From: Podarcis melisellensis
Taxonomy: Eukaryota
Length of the DNA stretch: 64,000 nucleotides
Direction: 5' to 3' (one strand)
Assembly (NCBI GenBank): GCA_964234715.1
Contig: OZ174280.1
Positions 37,312-51,831 of the stretch are shown here, in pieces (the first letter of the stretch is position 1; the number at the start of each line of letters is the position of its first letter). The notes below the pieces were generated by a model that was given only the letters and a program-made list of their open reading frames with translations, did no database searches and was not told where the DNA came from. Made by a program: the position numbers and the translations under genes.

Positions 37312-39494
37312 CTAGGTGCAGAAAGACGAATAGCATTTCAATACAAAAGCCCCTTCACATCTTTCCATTGCTTTTAACACTCCCTTTGAACACAATGCCA
37401 TGCAGGAACAAACCAACCAACAAGTAGGACTAAAGAGAACTGTAAACCAGTTACAGCAAAAAAAGGAGGGGCACACTAAAATTTAAACCATACACTTACG
37501 AGATTTATGGGAAAGCTAGCCTCAATCATGCAATGGGATAAAAATCAGTAGCTTGGCAAAAGAATGGGACCACTTTAGCCAGCCTAACAGGTTTAGAAAG
37601 CAATGCTGGCAATAGTCAAGAAAGCAACCTTACAGAAGGGAACACTGTCGTGGCTATTTGCTTTCTTGACACTGGTGGAGCAGCACAGATTTACCACTGG
37701 TTAGGTTGGTGTCACTCTGAGTTTGGACTAAGCCAAATTTCCAACACCTTGCGGGTCTGGATCACTCAAGAATCATTAGGGATTCTTGCTGGACTTCACA
37801 GTTTACTTGCATGCTTCCGTTCTCTGGGACTGTGGCCTAAAATATGTCATCATCAGAGCAGAATGCTGCAATAATAAATGTGGGGAATAATTGGTGTTAT
37901 CTAATTTGTTCTTTGCAGCTCATCATTTAAGAAAATTAGAATAAAATGGGTTTAAGGGGCGGAGATGGTGCCTTGGTTGGAATAACTTTCCCCCGCATTT
38001 GGTGTGTGGGCTGTGAGAGACTGCACAGTGGTATAGCATTATATTGTCACCACATCATGCCCTCTTGTGGTTTCTTCTATATGTGACGGCATCAGTGTGA
38101 TTAGTGCTATGGAAACTAGACTGCCGTATGTTGTATTCTGTTCTCTAATAGAGATGAAAGCAGGATCAGGCGGCAACCACTAAACTTTCCTGTAGCCACA
38201 GTCCATGAGAACATATTGCGCATGCTGCCGTAAAATGTTAGTGCCACTGGGATCTCTTGTTTTTCCAGTGGTACAATTTGCAGAACAAACACTGGAAAGG
38301 AGACCTGGTATCGCATCTCCATGCAATTGTATGGATCACACTGACAATTCACAAATTTTCGAATGCCAATCCATCCTTTCTGCTAGGAAAGCCTCCCAGG
38401 TTCCTCTCCCACTTTTGTTTTGGGAGTCTTTGAGATGCAGAGTCGTGTGTCAACTCTTCACCTATTCACACCCCCTCTATAGTAGGGGAAGTGACTTCGC
38501 AGCAATTCAAAACAGACAAGTTGTTTTGAGCACATAATTTCTGGGGTGAACCATAGTGCTAAACTGCATTCTTCTGGCATATACAGATACTCCTGTATTA
38601 AGATTCCAAGCAGCTGCTTCCATTTGGCTCAGTGGTAAACTGAGCCGTCTTAACACACCCAACACTTGTAGCAATAAAACTGGGAGGTGGTGCACACTTA
38701 TGTGGAAGGCAAAAATGTAAACTGAAAGATAAGAGAGCAGCAAATTGTTTGAAATGGAAGCCACCAAATCTGCAGTTTCTTTCCACCAAGTCACAACTGA
38801 AAGAATTCACACTGCATGCACATAGTCACAAATATAAGCTGAGAAAAGTACTCCAAATGTTCACCTTTACTCTCATGGCACAGTTATGCTGCAGCACTCA
38901 GAATTATATAAAAAAAGGAGCAATGTGATGCACTAGCTGTTGAACTTTGCATCCCACCCTATCCTTGGTGTCTCTGGGCCAGTAACACGTTTCAAAAGAT
39001 GCTTAACAGGAAAAAAGAAGAGGATTAAAATAGATAAACAAAGCCTCCCTCACTAGCTTCCAATTCTAGCTTGAACAGAAAGGATGGACAGCGATTTGGG
39101 ATAATACTCTGGGGCCTGGGGGAAACGTCATCCAGGGAGACCATGCAAGAAGAAATTGTCCACCTATGTTAAAGGTCAGGATGGGCACACAAAAGAGAAA
39201 CGAAAGCTCTAAGAACATACAAGGATAAAACTCTTTAGGGCCTCGTAAGTCATAAGCTGCATCTCTAATTGTTACTGAAATATCAAAATGTTGGTGTAGG
39301 TCTGGGAGCAACAGCAGCCCATTCCTTTCAAGTGGTAGTAATCCTCAACTTCATCATTCCCAGGTGACGATGAATCCTCAGGTAGCGTGCATTATTACTA
39401 CAGTCAAACTTGGAGAGCACAAAGACATTTCTTGTGGTTGTTAGTTTGTAACCTGGGAAAAAAGTGCACCTTCTCTAAATGGAGTTATCAAGCA

Positions 39495-39732
39495 CAGTGG
39501 AAGCTTGGTTCCCGAACGGTTTAGTTGCCAAACAAATTGGCCTCCGAACACCGCAAACCAGGAAGTGTTCCAGTTTGTGAATGTTTTTCGGAAGCCAAAC
39601 ATCCGACGTGGCTTCTGCTTGAGTGCAGGAAGCTCCTGCAGCCAACTGGAACCTGCACCTTGGTTTTCAAATGGTTTCAGGAGTCAAACAGGCTCCTGGA
39701 ACAGATTAAGTTCAAGAACCAAGGTACCACCG
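39495..39732. mobile_element. Tc1/mariner-type MITE
   Basis: CAGTGGAAGCTTGGTT...AACCAAGGTACCACCG-TA. Confidence 0.8.
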
Positions 39733-39779
39733 TACTCTTTGGGTCCACCAGTCCAGCAAAAGTCTGCAGACTTTATGTA

Positions 39780-39925
39780 TTGCATTTATATGCCACTTTT
39801 CCCTCCAAGGAGCTCCAGGCTAAAAGGCAGAGAATGGCCCAGAGTCACCCAGTGAGCTTCATGGCTAAGCGGGGATTTAAACCTGGTCTTCCAGGTCCTA
39901 GTCTGACACTCTAACCACTACAGCT
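39780..39925 (-). mobile_element. MIR-like tRNA-derived SINE remnant
   Basis: Minus-strand TGTAGTGGTTAGAGTGTCAGACTAGG...CCAGGTTTAAATCCC A/B boxes. Confidence 0.7.
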
Positions 39926-42900
39926 TACTGGCTTTAGGAAGCCAAAATGATTAATAAAAGATATTTTTGACCCTCCCAGATCATAGGGCCTACCAATCAA
40001 CTCAGTCTTTTCTAGATTCAGCTTCAAACACCTTCTCCACATCCCTCCCTATATCCTGGACAGACACTGCCAAACCAGAATTTTAGGACCCAGGTTGATT
40101 AGAGAGAGAAATAAATAATGCCATCAGGACACTCCATTTTCATGATGTTGCCCCATACATCCAGCAGAATAGGATGACAGAGTAAAATGCTACTGGACCT
40201 TATAGAAAAGGTCCTGAGAAGATGAGAAGTCACCACCCCTTACCATTCTCTGACTGCCTAGCCTGGACTACTGAAGAGCAGTCCTGCGAACACCTGCCTA
40301 CTTTTGCAATAACGCCAACCTCTCATGTGACATTGCTCTTCAATGACAGGTAATCCGCTGTGGCCATAAACAAAGATTCTGATAGTTAACTAGATTGGTC
40401 AATACCCAGGACAGAAACTGGAGCCGGCCCATGAACTGCCCAAGGGAGGTGGAAACAGCTAACGGACTACTTACACAACCCTAAGGAAAAAGTAGAAGTT
40501 GCAGAATGTGCAGGAAGTCAGTGTTGGGAAGACTACAGATTAATTTCCCCCGTCTTGGAATAGTAGCACAGACAACTTCAGTCTGTGATAATCCCAACTG
40601 GCCTATATAAAAACAAGGTTGACTCAAGTAAGCTACCAGAGTTGACATCCCTCAGCATATCCTCTGTACCAGTGGACGGTATCAAGTGTTCCATGAAAAT
40701 TGAGAAAGACCCTCAAATACATTTCAGCCACTCTGATGTCATCTCTAAGTTAAGCGCCTGGGTTGCATTTAAGCTAATATTCATAATTATATGTGTATCC
40801 TACAACTGTGGAACACTCTTCTCTCTCTCTGAACACTTGTACCTTATGGCTTTCATCCACATAAATCCACTTACTGTTATTCCCAATGACAATCCAAAGC
40901 ATTAGAAGTCACTCAGGGCCACTGTGTACATGATGTTTCTCGGACAGTGATATTGCTTCCATTTGCGGGGGAAAGGCATGTACACTGACCGCCATTGGCA
41001 GAAAACACACATACTTAGCTTGGCACATGCAGTGGGAATCACAGCTGCTTCTGAACACACACAAGATGTGGCAAAATAGACAACATGTGCATAATTCACT
41101 TATGAATTATGTGTATCATAAGAACCTTGTAGGAAAGTGTAAAGTATGCAATGTTCCATAAAAGCGACAATGAACTTGATAAAAAGGACTGAAGGACAAC
41201 AGGTAATTTTATGGCTGACAGTGCTTGTCCACACATGAGCAGGCACCTTCTAAATCTCTGCAACTCTCTCTAGGCTTTTAGAGAACCCAACTTGCTCTCC
41301 TGGAGGCTCCCCCTCCACATACGCCACAAACTTTAGGGTTCTCCTTGATTTTTGTAGTAGGGAAGGTAAGCTGTTTGGCTTGGGCAGCATTGTCTGCTAA
41401 TTGCTCTAACTTCCATTAATAATCTTGGCAACATCATGAGACACTTAAGGAAACTTATGTAATGAATCAATAGTACTATTATGACTGGAGTTTCAAATAA
41501 ACAAGCATCATTCTAAGCTTTAACAATGGTCACCTAAGACAAATTAGGAGGTGGTGTTTATAACGAAGGTTCTTTCCATTTAGCTTCCATTAATTTGTGG
41601 GGAGGGGAATGGGGGGGTGTTGATGGATCAATGCCTAGGAAGATTTTGGGGAAATGTCAACCCAGAGCATGCTGGAATGTGTGCAACACAAGAACCAAAG
41701 CACAAAGTTCCATAAACAACAGGCAAAAGATGGGGACATCAATAACATCATATGTCATCATGTTATTGTTCCAAGTGTGTTCTGAATACATGAAGGCTCT
41801 ATAATTTTGCCCAAAGGTTTTCACAGAAATCAAAACCCTTGCTTTCAAGCAAACAAAACAAATTAAAACTCCATGGTCTTTGTTTCTGAGAGGTGCTAAA
41901 ATGCAGTTATGAGAAAGGAAGTTATTATAAAGCATTTAAATCTATTATTTTGAGAAAAAATAATAGCTCCTTGGTAGGCAAAGAGAATGAAGGTGAACAC
42001 TGTAGAGTCATTACAGAACTGGCAGAGCAGGTATAACAGCCGTCATGACTTATGAAGGGTTCATAATATGTTGTTATGCATGGTAAATATCTGTTGGGTA
42101 CAAAGTTTTAAGAGGCTCCTTCTGCACATGAACCAAAACCTTTGCCAACTGGATTTACTTAGCCAAAAACAACAAAAATTGTTGCCGAATTTGGCCCTGC
42201 TGTTATCCACAGGGAAGTGCAAATATGCCCAAGGCCGTCTGATCAGAGTCAATAATGCCACATTTTTCATTGCAGTGAAATGGCTAACCTGGCATTTGAA
42301 TTTGTAACATCATAGTTGAAGAAGCCAAAAGGCCTACTTAAGTTCAACCCCCTTTCCATGAGGAAAAACCACTCCTCCACGAACATTTAACTTTAGGAGT
42401 TAGCTGGGAAGTTTTTTCCATATAAACCTAATTGGGATTGATTTCTGTGGCGTTTCATAAACCCCTGAGCTGGCATAAGTCATTGGTAAAATGAAATTAT
42501 TGGGGGATGCCATGGGAGTTTAAAAAAAAAAATCACCAACAACTTAGTAGGAACTTACCACAACAGACAATAGTAAAAGTGGGGAGGAGGATCAGCAACC
42601 AGGGCAATAGAGGAGAAAACAGAAAGTATTTTCATTAGGGAAAATCCAAAACAAATAAGCAGCATTTGGCAGCAAATAAACAAAACAAAAAAAGTATTTT
42701 AAAAACTGGTACTGGGTAAATAACATGCAATGGGTATTAAAAGGCCACACAGAAGGAAAATGTCCAGCAAGAGGAAAGTTCAAGTGCAAAGCAGTGGACA
42801 AGAACATAAACCATGGGTGTGTTTTACCATGCAATAGAACATTACTGAATAATGTTAAAATTGTAACTGATGACAGGATATACTTCAGGGGTCGATTTAG

Positions 42901-45162
42901 CATCACACACATTGATGAGAAAAGATGCTCGCAGGCTGTCATCCCATTAATGGAACAGCCACAAACTGCCTTTTGCTGTGGTTTTGTGCCAATTTTAACA
43001 CCACCAGGGAAACCCTTCGGGGGGAGGTGAATCATGGTGCAGTTGACGGAAGCAACCAAACTGTATGGTTGCCACTTCAAGCAAGCGCTTGAGCTAAATG
43101 GAGAGTCTCTGTGACATGAACTTTGCCTTTCAGTTAAAGTGGGCATTGTAAAAGGCTGCACGTGCTTGGGCCAGCTCCCAGGTGGTACAAAAAAGCACAC
43201 CAGCTCCAAAACTGATTTTGGGTCCCCAAGCCTCTCGTTGCAGATGGCGGGTCATGGAATTAGCACTCTTGATATTACATGCCTTGATGATGCTTTGACT
43301 TGTCTGTAATTGCTCTTCTGAACCAAAGCTCTAAACAAGAGAGCCGGACTCTTATCTGATAGAGCAACATAGTCAGAGAAAATCAGAAGCAGAAATCAGA
43401 ACTTGTACAGCTTTTGGGGCGGTGGAATCCAAAAACCATTCACATATTTACTAACAACAACAAGAGAATGCAAAACACACATATTTCAGCTACGTACCAA
43501 ATTCTTAAAATTCCTTACAAAATTGGTCTGCGTTGGTGTATATAAAAGATATGTATTTGGAGACACTTCTATTGTTTTTAAATGAGGATGGAGGTTTGAT
43601 TGGTACATTTTAGACACAACTGTAAGGAAATTAGAGGTACTCAAGTCCCACTGAAATCAGAAGGGCTTACATACTTAAGTGCCCTGTACCACCAATTATT
43701 TCAACAGGAATCTGATTTTGGATGAGTTCACACTGAGCTTTATGCCATGGTTAACATAAGCCGGGGTTTCTAAACAAAAATCACACCATGGCTTATTAGC
43801 ATAATTTGCTTGTGGTTAATAAACCATGATTAAGCTGCTGGGCGGGGTTCAGGCGAGAAAATTAAACCATGATTTATTAAACCATGTCTTAGTGTTATGT
43901 GCAAAATATGCCACTCTCAAGAATGTGCCTGTCCTGCGACAAAAAATGAAGGTGTCCGCGTTCAAACTTATCTATTTATAGTCTTGGATATTTGTTGCAG
44001 TATTTTCCATTATAACTATTTCCCGACAGATAGCCATCTTAGGCCATTGCAGCAAAAAGAACCAAGAATCTTGAGATGTCTGAAAAATAAATGTGCAAGT
44101 CTTTAAGGGGCATGATCATCTAAAAGGCAGTTGGGCTGGAAATTTTCTCAGTATGATGGGCCATATTAGAACCATATCAGTAACTTCCAAACAGCTAATC
44201 AAATAACACAAAAGGGGTCTTTCTGCTTTTTGTCAAAGTCTGGGCACTAACCACAAATCTCAAAGGCAGAATTCTAAGGTTTCGGGAGGTAGGGCACTGT
44301 CCAGGAAGCAAGGGAACTGTACAACCTCTAAGCTTGCTTCATGAAGCTTAGGAAATCTTTTCAGCAAAACAAAAGCTGAGGCAGAGTCCCTATTTCATAT
44401 AATTCTCTGTAAACCCTCCCCCAGTCCATGGGATGATGAAACTGGCATTCTTATACAAGCCAGGGCAAGGTTGATGGATTGTATCTCCCATAAGATCTTC
44501 AAGGATTATTTTCATGGTTTGGGTCCAGACATACATCAGAATCAGCTGTATTAGGTCACTGAACTGCTGCAGAGGAATTTGAATTTTGTACATCTCAGAA
44601 TCAAAGCAAAGGACTCTATCTTGGCACCCAGTTGAAGCCCATGACCTAATTCTTAAGAGATTTGAGAGCTAGGACTAAACTCAAGTTCATTTCACTCTTG
44701 CTCAGAGCTTAATGTAGCAGAAGAGTATTAATACTACAGTTATACGTTAGGATACGAGTGAACGTCTTTCTAACGGGAAACAGTTTTTTGCATTCAAGGT
44801 CTTTGAGCATTAGAATTTAAATCGACCCCTGTGTTGGGGGGTGAAAATATGGTAGGAAGAAATGGTATTCTGTGTCAATATTGATGAGAAATGGAATACA
44901 AAAATAACAAACTAGTGATGGTAAAAAGTGGCTCATTCACCAAAGAACCTCATTAGTGTCATAATACAAATGCATTCATGCACTACCTAAATTGTCTAAA
45001 ATGACCACAACAGTTTTACTGATGTTTCTTTGGTTAATTAATTCAGGTCAATAGCAGACAGCAACAGAAATACCCACAGCTAGCACATGTGGGCAAAGCA
45101 TGGGCAGGAGTCATCATCAGACCAATCTATTAGTGTTCTTTACTAACTAAAACATTACCTAC

Positions 45163-45177
45163 CTCCCAGCCAGTACT
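45163..45177 (-). CDS. DOCK7: DOCK7 15-nt micro-exon STGWE
   Basis: Long poly-U tract, then cag|AGTACTGGCTGGGAG|gtaggt; matches the mammalian IVHQ-STGWE-RMFG isoform. Confidence 0.9.
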
Positions 45178-46786
45178 CTGTGTAATAAAAAGTAAAACAA
45201 AAAAAAAACAAAACAAAAAGGTATGTCACAGGAACAAGACCAGCTCCTTTTCAAAGGCCAAAACACAACCATCAACAATAAGGTGCTATGCACTTGAAAT
45301 GGCCTAGCTGCCACACATTTAAGTTAGCCTTTCGTTTCATAGCCCAGAATATTAAGTATGAAGAAGCTCCATTATCGGGCGCTGGAAATCGAATGTAAAT
45401 GCAAATCCTCTGGCAATCGGAAATTATTACATTGCATTCACCATTCCAGCCTGAAGTTCAGCTACTGAAACACAGGTTAGTCCTGCTGGAGGAATTCAGT
45501 TTTTGCGCGCTGAACGGCATGCTGTGGAATACAATTGCAGTTCCCAAGTAATGAATGGCAGTACTCATTTTGTGTCATTGTTGTTTATATCCGTAAAGCA
45601 AAATGCAAACCATTCTTCATTTGTGCTTGAGCTCCAGTTAAAAATAATCATATGGCACAACCAGCTGTCCAAACAGTATCTCCCTGCTAAATTCAGGAAG
45701 TAAAAATGTAACCAAAATGGAAAATAATAGCCTCAATCTAGCAGAGCCTCTGGAGGCCCTGCACAGATGCAAATGCCCTCATTTATCAGTATATGGACAA
45801 CAGCTGGCTGCAATTTTGTGCCCAGGCACCCACTGTTCAGCTTCAAATTCTGGTTTCAAATGCTTAAGGGGGCATGCTTAACCTTAGCTTTCATGTTAAT
45901 TAACCATGGTTAAATTCAGCTGCCGTTAGCCTGAAGTGCCTGGGAATGTGCCTTAAGTTTTGCTTAGAGTCTAATCTGATCCCAGCTGCTGTGGTGCCAA
46001 CTTGCCCTTGTTTTGGCCCCCACATACCATAGAAAATTTAGCTGTTGCATTCATCAACATAGAAGAAGCAGGACCACATTGAGTCACATGCTCTTCTCTT
46101 GGTATCCACGTGTGCTGCATGAATGTCTGCAGAGAGGGGTCCTTCGTCTCTACAACTATACATGCGAGAACTCCATCCCACCCCAACATTCGTGCTGTAG
46201 ATGCCGACAACATGGCAGGGCACAGACTGGAGTGTGTGAGATGGGAGAGGGCTGCTTGCAGCAGCCTCACTTCTTCTTCCCTTGCTGATGAACATGGGAG
46301 CTTTAATGCCTCCACTGGGCTCTTCCCTTGGGCCATGGAGCCATCTGTCAGTGACACTTCCAGCCCACTTCTCCACACCCAAAAGTAGAGTCATTCGTTA
46401 CTACGCAGCCTCTACAATGCAGGTCACAGTTTGCCCAAGCAGAGAGATGTTGCAGCACCAAAAAAGAGATACCTGCCAAAAAGGTAGCTCAAAATGCAAA
46501 AGAGTAAAATTAAATCCCCGGGCTGTCCAGCTATGTATAGCTTTGGGCTGCAATATTATACCTGCTTACTTACAGCTAAGTAACTAATGGGAGTAAACAG
46601 GATTGCAGTATGAAAACACCTTAACTACACTTTCACATGTTGTGAAGTCAGTCTCTAGCCTGGAAAACACAAGCAGGGAATGAATTTGCAGTACACTACA
46701 TTATAGTAACCTGACTTAGGTGAAAGGCTCTGGAAAAATTAGGACTGATCTGACTGATCTATTTGCCTAGTTTTGCTGATGTTTTA

Positions 46787-47071
<285 letters not shown>

Positions 47072-48206
47072 CTACAAAACAGTGTCAATGTCAGGTGGTT
47101 CTATCGATTCATCAAAAAACCAGACATGCAGCAGCCTGAATACAACATGTTATTAAAATGCTTATATTACGATAATGAAACTAAAACACTTGCTTTGGAT
47201 TATTTGGTTACTGAGATGGAACAAGTAATGCATGGTATAAGTATCAGTCGTGTGTTAGACCTGTGCAAATGTACATTTTGCCAAAAGTTTGCAAGACTCC
47301 ATGCATCAAAGGCCAATTTAAACTTGATGAACACTGATAAAAGACTCACAGCTCGTGTGCTGGTCCATGTATGAAGGAAGCAGCTAACAGCCTATGTAGC
47401 AGCTGTGTGGGATGCCAGCATGTTTGCTTCAGCCCATGGAATGAGAGCCTTTTTAAAGATTATATAAAACTGTGTTCCAATCCACAGACAGAAGCTTCCT
47501 AACACTACACGGTCAAGGCCAACCTTGATGACACAGAATTTTGAGGAAATGCAGTGCTGAACAAGGTTTCATAGCAACTTCTGAATGCACATTACAGTTG
47601 CATCCTGATTTAGCACAGCATGTTGGAGAACCAGCTTAGCCATGATCCCAACGGCACAAAGTATGTGGGCTGGTTCACAAGCAACTTGAGTCAGTGCTGC
47701 TGCCACTTAAATGACTGAATTCAGTGCAGCTAAGCAGCTGAAATGCAAATACTAAAGCTTCTATACTTTGCATTGTGCATTTGAGTTGCGCCCAGTGTTT
47801 ACTTGCATGCAGAACAGGGGTGGGGAACTATTTTCTGGCCTGCATTAACACCTGGAAATTCCCCATTCCAGCTGTGAGTGTGGCCAGAGGCAAAAGTGGG
47901 TGAAACAACTGATGTGATTCTCACCTGTGTATGCTAGGCTGTATTCAAGCCAGAGGTTTCTATGTCCACATCCCTCCCTCTTTCTCCATTCAAAAAAACA
48001 AGAGGCTTTATCGCAGCTCAAGAACACTTGAGAAGAATGCAGAGCAGGTGAGAGGTGGGGTCCAGGGGGAGGGGCCATGTTATGAGAAGGGGTGTGGCCT
48101 GGGAATAATCCAGAGGCCTACATTTGGCCCTCAGGCCTGTGGTTCCCCACCCCAATGCAGGACACTGATTGTATATACTATGCAACCATAAGGGAGTACT
48201 GTACTA

Positions 48207-48446
<240 letters not shown>

Positions 48447-48887
48447 TCATTCATCACCAGGTTCAGGCAATGCTCTGCTGCAAAGTCTGAAACCAAAGTA
48501 GCTTCCATTCTGCCAAAGTCCTACTCTAATGGAACATAGTAACATGTAATTAAACTTTAGTTTTTTGTTTTTGCTCTGCAGAATGTTAATTTGAAATATA
48601 GGTTTACCCACAAGGTGTTCTTTTTCGGGGGGAAAGCCACTCTACCAAAGACCTATCCTCTTTGAGAAGAAACATGAAACCAAGCTACTTTAGGAATTAT
48701 TGGGCAAGTAAATAAGTATGGTAAATTCCTTTGTGCATGGCCGAAATTAATAACAGAAAGAGCTTTTAGCTAATGTGCCTCCAATGTATTGTACCAGCAG
48801 CCAAAGTGGAGCAATGCAATTCTATCATATGAATTTTTGGAAAATGTTCTTTTAATATAAACAACACTATGTTTTCTGGGGGGCTTA

Positions 48888-49172
<285 letters not shown>

Positions 49173-49233
49173 TCAGTGTACGTTTACTTACTCAAATTTT
49201 CTTAAGACAGCAGAATATCCAGTAAAACTGTAC

Positions 49234-49334
49234 CTGTACATCAAGTCCACCAGCATCTCTGGGTCTTCTTGGTGCTCCTTCATCTTAACTGTATCAGACA
49301 GGATCATATGGAGGTTGAACACAAGATCTTGGAC
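49234..49334 (-). CDS. DOCK7: DOCK7 exon
   Basis: [33 protein letters not shown]. Confidence 0.96.
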
Positions 49335-50086
49335 CTGAAATGGGAGGGAAAGTATCTGAAACAAATAGTCTGTGCGAAACAAGGATTTGTTGGTTACTTC
49401 GAATTTGTCTGACAGGAATTCAATTGCGAAAATCGCTTGCCATTGTTTATTTTTAAAAAACGAATCCTGCCAGGGAGACATCATGTTCCCCTCCAGTATT
49501 TCTAATTTTGCATTCATCGCCAGTCAATATTTGTTAATTCTATGTTCATTCATTCATTCATCCAGCAAAGTTGGACTGAATTATTTGAGTGGATGAGCAG
49601 TTTCTTAGAAATGTCAAGTCAGACTTCATTTTTTGTTGTTGTTCATTTCACCATTTAATCTGTCTGGTTTAGAACCTTAACACAATTTATCTATTGTTAT
49701 TTTATTTTATGTGAGACATTTTTAGACCAACTTCCACCAGATTGGATTTCAGAGTGATGCAGAGCACAACACAAATACAAAAGAAACCCTCACCACACAC
49801 ACACAAAAACCATACTAGGGTTATCCAATCTGATGCCCCACAGATGTTGCTGGACTTCAACTCCCATCAGCCCCAGTCAGCAAATCCATTGGTCAAGGAT
49901 TATGGGACCTGAAGCTCCCCCCCCCCCAAAAAAAATCTGATTACATTTTCATGTATCACTCCATGTTCACATTCAGGTTTTGCATCCTCAGAAATTCCAA
50001 TATGGATCAACATCCTATTGAGTCTAAAAGCAAGGAAGCTGAAAATTGTGGGTCTTAAGGAAATAAAACAACCCATATCTACGTCA

Positions 50087-50395
<309 letters not shown>

Positions 50396-50807
50396 TCAGA
50401 ACTCCATGCACCCATATGATTAATTTATAGCTGAGCTGTTTAACTCCAGATTAAAGTGTTCTCCTTTAAAGATGACACAAGCCTTTTGGTCCATGTGTGA
50501 CTATTCCCATTTAAAATATATGACCCTCAAAAAATCAGTGCTCCTCACTTGTCCTCTCTTGCACCAGTTTGGATAGGCATTGCACCTCATGCTTGCAGAA
50601 ACACTATACCAGGGGTGGGTATCTTCAGGCCTGAGGCCTCAGTGCGGCCCTCCAGCCCTCTTTATTTGGTCCTCTATACTCCCCCCCCCACACACACACA
50701 CACTGGCCCTGCATCACCCTCATTGTATTTAGGCTTGGATGGAATGTGTCCTTGTGTCTGGATGGAGGACACAAAGGGATGAGCAAGTGTGTGCAAAAGC
50801 TAGCCTA

Positions 50808-51110
<303 letters not shown>

Positions 51111-51373
51111 CTAGAAGGACAGCGCGAGAGACAAGCATTCAGCAGTCGTGGCTGCACCCCAAACACCAACACAATGTTAAATTAATCGCACCGCAATCAT
51201 CGTGGGCTCAACATGACCCAGTTGCACGCCTGCTCCCAGTAAAGGAGGCCATCATCAGCCGCAGTTTGCCGGAAACCACTGTGGAGGTCCAACACTTTCC
51301 AAATCAGAAAACAAGTTGGATACTGAAGTGAAATTGTAACTCCCTGCTGCCTATCCATCCTCAGAACACTCAC

Positions 51374-51508
51374 CTTTGACACCAAGGCCCTCTGCGTAGC
51401 AAAGCAATGCTGCAGGTAAAGAGCGCTCTGGTTGCAAGCCATGCTGTGTAAAAGAACCTTCAGCACTCCGCCAAGAATGCTTTCCTTGGACTCGGTCATG
51501 GAGACCGT
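51374..51508 (-). CDS. DOCK7: DOCK7 exon
   Basis: [28 protein letters not shown]...QRALVSK. Confidence 0.96.
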
Positions 51509-51663
51509 CTGTAACCAAAGACAATGGAAAAAAGAGAGGCGGGGAAGTCAACTTTAGGGCTGTTGTAGACAGAGGTCACAGCAAAGGGAACATGTGCAAT
51601 GGAGAGAGAATGGCCATTTCAGAATACACTTTCTACAGGAGGCATTGCTAGTCTTGCCTACTA

Positions 51664-51831
<168 letters not shown>

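Noticed and set aside
42592-43209. 205-aa minus-strand ORF, and the 135-aa ORF at 45971-46378
   Set aside because: Non-ATG starts, no recognisable domain, intronic composition; they coincide with the structured region.
37320-44870. 44763-71 and 44859-70 are complementary to the polypyrimidine/branch region of the DGK acceptor (37320-39)
   Set aside because: Short (9 bp; 11/12 bp), not collinear with each other, and both overlap better local hairpins, so chance is likely. Worth revisiting only if conserved.
44200-45240. Possible MALAT1-like triple helix and tRNA-like 3' end for the antisense RNA
   Set aside because: No paired U-rich motifs or mascRNA-like cloverleaf found; the A-rich tract at 45184-45220 is the micro-exon's polypyrimidine tract.
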